Assembly (NCBI GenBank): GCA_045628045.1
Contig: JAZQOV010000011.1
Coordinates: 4,912 to 68,911 of the forward strand
Source of the DNA: Bacilli bacterium
Lineage (GTDB): Bacteria > Bacillota_I > Bacilli_A > RFN20 > CAG-826
Direction of reading: 5' to 3'
DNA length: 64,000 nt
Part shown: positions 61,401 through 64,000 of the stretch, piece after piece
How positions within the stretch are numbered: position 1 is the first letter of the stretch
How the letters are laid out: each line of letters begins with the position of its first letter
Notes under the pieces: generated by a model
The model's database searches: none
What the model saw: the letters and a program-made list of their open reading frames with translations, nothing else
Told to the model about the DNA's origin: nothing
Translations under genes and position numbers: made by a program

Positions 61401-64000
61401 CATCAATCAATATTATGCATGGCATATAGCTGATCCGGTTTCAGAAAAGGAAGTAAACCGTAATGAAGCAGTTTATGGAATTCAGAAAAATAGAAATCCG
61501 TACATTGATCATCCTGAATGGGTTGCATATGCTTTTAAAGGCATTGCTCCAATTGTGGGTGAAAAAACACTTAACTCAATCACTTTAAGTGGTTCACAAA
61601 AAACAGAATTTACTGTTGGTGAAACTTTCTCATATACTGGATTAGTTGTCACTGCTCATTACTCAGACAACACAACAGCAATAGTAACACCAACAAGTGT
61701 TTCTACACCAGACATGAATTCTGCTGGTGAGAAAACAGTTACTGTTACCTATACAGATTCAACAGGAACAAAGACTGATACTTATACTATTACAGTAAAA
61801 AGCAGTGGAGTTACACCAGAGCCAGAAAAACACACAACTGCATTAACACTAGATAAAACAACCGCAACAATAAAAGTAGGAGAAAATCTAACATTAACAG
61901 CAACTAAGACGCCATCTGATTCAGTTGATGGAATTAGTTGGTCCACGGACAATTCTTCTATTGCAACAGTTTCAAATGGTGTAGTAACAGGCGTTTCTCC
62001 AGGAACTGCAACTATCACAGCTACATCTAATGGCATCCCTGCCACTTGTTTAGTTGAAGTTAAATCACAAAGCACTAGTAGTACTGTCACAGCATCAATT
62101 GATTTTACAAATAGTAATGATTCTTACAAAGACAGTGTTGGAAATACATGGACAGGAGCCGGAGGCAATAAAGGAAATTATTATCGACTTGATAGTGCTG
62201 ATTCTATAACAAGCTCATCAATTTCTATTGATACTTCAAAAACAATAGATCTTTCTCTATACATTGGTTCATATGGTAGTGGCACCAAAACGCTAAGTGC
62301 TTATGCAATTAATAGTTCTGGAACAGTTGTTACAAACCAAGTTTCAATGTCACCAACATCTACGAGTTCAAATAAATTTACAGGGACTCTAACTTTTAAT
62401 AACACCTCAGATTCAAATATTAAAATTGTTTTTAAAACAACTTCTGGTTCAATTCGTTTTTACAAAGGAGATATTACTTATACTCCGTTGTCAATTGGAC
62501 CACAAGTAACAAGCATTTCATTAAGTGAATCAGAATTAACTTTTGATTTATATGATAATTATTCGCCTCAAACACTTACTGCTAGTATTGAAGCAGATGT
62601 CGGTGCCGACAAAACAATACTTTGGACATCTTCTGATGAAACTGTCGCAACAGTTGTTGATGGTGTTGTTACTCCTCACTCCAAAGGAACTGCAACAATT
62701 ACCGCAACATCTAAAGCAAATTCAGAGATAAAAGCTACTTGTAAAGTTGAAGTTACTGATTCTAGTCCGATACCGGTCACCGGAATAACATTAAATGAAA
62801 CTTCAGCAACACTTATAATTGGTTCAACCTTGACATTAGAAGCAACAATCACACCTACTAATGCTACAAATAAAAATATTAGTTGGTCTTCTAATAATGA
62901 AAATATTGCTACTGTTTCAGATGGCCTTGTTACAAGCAAGGCTATTGGTACAGCTATTATAACAGTTACGACAGATGACGGCGGTTTTACTGCAACTTGT
63001 ACAATAACTGTCAGTGCCGCACCTGTTATCACATATCAACTTGAAGCAGATGAAACAGAAGTTCCATTTATGAGCGGAACAAATCATATTGCTTCGGTTG
63101 GAGTCAAATTGTATCAATACACAAATGGTGTTAAAGGAAACCAGGTTAGTTCAGGAAGCTCTAATGTTGATACTTCTTCATTAGGCAACAAAACAATTTC
63201 TTATATTTATCAAGATATTACATACGAAACGATAGTTAAAGTAACAAATTATGGTGCTGATGTTGGCTTGCCAACCCAATTAGATCCAGTAACTAATAAC
63301 ATAACGTCAAGTTTTACAGTCACTAGCAGTACTACTAGCTCCTGGAGTATGCCAACTGGATGGACTGTTACAAGTAGTGGAACAACTGGTTACGAAGCCA
63401 ATCGAGGAATTCAATTACAAAAGAACGCAAAAATATCGTTCGTTCTTCCTTCATATAAGAATATTACTTCCATTTCTTTAGATGTTGCAAGAAGCAGTAA
63501 TGGATCAGGTTCTTTTACGGTAACCGTTGATGACGAATTAGTTAAAACAATTTCTAGTTTTAATACTACAAAAACTACACAAACGATTAAATTTGATGAG
63601 GCAAAATCAGGTGTTATTAAAATTGATGGCAGCGCTTCTGCTAGCTCATTATATATCAAAGCAATTTCTATAAATTATCAAGAAATTGTAGAAGGTCAAT
63701 TAATTGAACACAATGCCACACCAAATCAACAAGCGATAGCCTGGTCTGATTATTTTATTAAGTTAACTGGTGGCGGAGCATTTGATGGACCATGTAAAGA
63801 ATCAACTCCAGAAGCAAGAAGAGCTGCACTTCAAGAAATTTGGGGTGAAGTCTCTGCAGAATATGGTTACATGGTAAATGGATCTAAAGATGCATTCTGT
63901 GATTCATCTGCCACTGGTTCTATTTCAGAGGCAATGCAACATTATAGTTACATTGTTGATACATATGGATTAGATAATTTCGTTAAAGATGGATCAGGTA
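58447..64000 (+). CDS. giant secreted multidomain protein, 3'-partial: S8 subtilisin-like protease, Big_2 domains, Listeria-Bacteroides repeat, endonuclease I domain
   Basis: I translated this frame from ATG 58447 (AGAGGT RBS) to base 64000 and found no stop. It is absent from the ORF track because no stop lies in the window. Signal peptide. S8 triad strings VAVIDTG, HGHGT, GTSFSAP. YTVTFNSNGGSGTM..GYTFDKW. Endonuclease I strings NREHTVPQSWF, DLFHVYPTDGYVNNRRSNYPHG (about 60.84-61.55 kb). Confidence 0.85.
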   Translation, partial: MKKSRFYTLLALSSILTLGTAFAATSINDETNRNQGINELNAESLSEDKLYVAPAAVSPYTYTTSPTNEPWYKNSHEYHSTATGSDGFDYQRNQKTTMYDFMNVSETWNSYRGENVKVAVIDTGCYTSHEDFNGTNIKTISKNMVSGTTGLSAVNDAHGHGTTSAATIAAAVNGKGGTGIAPNVELIVLKCVDANNAFSNTAINNALQYCIDNDVDVINMSIQGYNVYSNFSSTYVEDFGNYTVNTTSSGIMTPTQFSTKIKACHDAGITLVAAAGNYNTSKESYPAANDYVIAVGSTGLTSATSKAGYSNYGDWLDISAPGYVYTPSLSGTDQYSVTNGTSFSAPLVTGAIALYKSKYPDATPDQIEEALKATAQPINWQGGAGAVNVGAFLEYAPKSPVSSLALPDETKTLSVGETYQLIPTILPSDASQEVTYGNTDNSVVSISNTGLVTALKAGTSTVTVYSKNTSIYDTVVITVNAVTGEKKTVSKEWTLTSSNTDWTASGNETYFSQPYGYKANGGTLITTNSIEDFTKTNKTEIKVSFKCLQNGGSSSKITIYLYDSSGNVLGSEVFTPVNKNSASNTEYCTATFTSNLTNAAKIGMKVTTFGKNILVNGAKYELTYLDSGATPSVKTLSSISVSNQKTTFTVGETWTFGGTVTATYSDNSTADVTSNVTFSGNTTSSAGQKTVTVSYKEGSVEKTTTYSITVSAPVVTNYTVTFNSNGGSGTMTSKTTTGSTYVVPESNFTKEGYTFDKWALNSTSGSKYAAGTTINNISSNITLYATWIQDLTPQPGDYYKDVDTSSQENLISTLHSTISQGTVDVGYDGLWDAYEKTDLRPGTNYYWDMYSNYNFTKSSPNSNYKKEGDAVNREHTVPQSWFNEKSPMKADLFHVYPTDGYVNNRRSNYPHGDVGNATYTSENGSKLGTASFPGISGTVFEVIDEYKGDFARSYFYMATRYYNTFNDWDSNVIFQKTPPYMTSAFINQYYAWHIADPVSEKEVNRNEAVYGIQKNRNPYIDHPEWVAYAFKGIAPIVGEKTLNSITLSGSQKTEFTVGETFSYTGLVVTAHYSDNTTAIVTPTSVSTPDMNSAGEKTVTVTYTDSTGTKTDTYTITVKSSGVTPEPEKHTTALTLDKTTATIKVGENLTLTATKTPSDSVDGISWSTDNSSIATVSNGVVTGVSPGTATITATSNGIPATCLVEVKSQSTSSTVTASIDFTNSNDSYKDSVGNTWTGAGGNKGNYYRLDSADSITSSSISIDTSKTIDLSLYIGSYGSGTKTLSAYAINSSGTVVTNQVSMSPTSTSSNKFTGTLTFNNTSDSNIKIVFKTTSGSIRFYKGDITYTPLSIGPQVTSISLSESELTFDLYDNYSPQTLTASIEADVGADKTILWTSSDETVATVVDGVVTPHSKGTATITATSKANSEIKATCKVEVTDSSPIPVTGITLNETSATLIIGSTLTLEATITPTNATNKNISWSSNNENIATVSDGLVTSKAIGTAIITVTTDDGGFTATCTITVSAAPVITYQLEADETEVPFMSGTNHIASVGVKLYQYTNGVKGNQVSSGSSNVDTSSLGNKTISYIYQDITYETIVKVTNYGADVGLPTQLDPVTNNITSSFTVTSSTTSSWSMPTGWTVTSSGTTGYEANRGIQLQKNAKISFVLPSYKNITSISLDVARSSNGSGSFTVTVDDELVKTISSFNTTKTTQTIKFDEAKSGVIKIDGSASASSLYIKAISINYQEIVEGQLIEHNATPNQQAIAWSDYFIKLTGGGAFDGPCKESTPEARRAALQEIWGEVSAEYGYMVNGSKDAFCDSSATGSISEAMQHYSYIVDTYGLDNFVKDGSG

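Noticed and set aside
1-64000. Alternative genetic code (TGA=Trp, code 4), given the Mollicutes-like gene content.
   Set aside because: Several well-supported genes end at TGA with the next gene starting immediately (20294, 23409, 31303). Long ORFs are intact under code 11.

Overview
AT-rich bacterial chromosome segment read with the standard genetic code: TGA is a real stop at 20294, 23409 and 31303. The + strand is densely coding. Taxonomy is inference only. Gene content includes DUF285/BspA-type LRR proteins, DUF2779, many lipoproteins and TM-anchored giant surface proteins, and I saw no LPXTG signal. This suggests an Acholeplasma/Erysipelotrichia-like, host-associated Firmicute/Mollicute.

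Layout:
- 1-8.0 kb: membrane protein, ABC exporter and Big_2/beta-helix surface lipoprotein operon.
- 8.1-11.8 kb: MacB-like fused ABC transporter and rlmD.
- 11.8-23.7 kb: accessory island with two class II Fic proteins, a BspA-LRR protein, a lipoprotein, an RNA-dense locus, a DUF2442-XRE/YafQ TA pair, a DUF2779 nuclease, and a Phd antitoxin with a nonsense-inactivated ParE. The RNA-dense locus holds duplicated promoter-sRNA modules, a MazF-like orphan toxin and a SAM-I riboswitch in front of an 84-aa ORF.
- 23.9-49.4 kb: giant repeat-rich surface proteins, including three SGNH/GDSL paralogs, plus an acyl-CoA ligase and an EIIC-like permease.
- 49.5-51.9 kb: a DUF1016/YhcG nuclease gene split by a tnpB-only IS200/IS605 element with a recognisable omega-RNA region.
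- 52.1-56.5 kb: a sigma-less partner-switching module (STAS-kinase fusion, STAS, sensor-PP2C-HATPase fusion).
- 56.5-57.8 kb: thyA-folA.
- 57.9-58.2 kb: a candidate type I toxin-antitoxin locus (39-aa hydrophobic ORF absent from the ORF track, plus tandem convergent sRNA modules).
- 58.4 kb to the window end: a 3'-truncated giant S8 protease / endonuclease I / Big_2 surface protein, also absent from the ORF track.

No rRNA, tRNA or CRISPR array was found. All family calls come from motifs read by eye, not from database searches.
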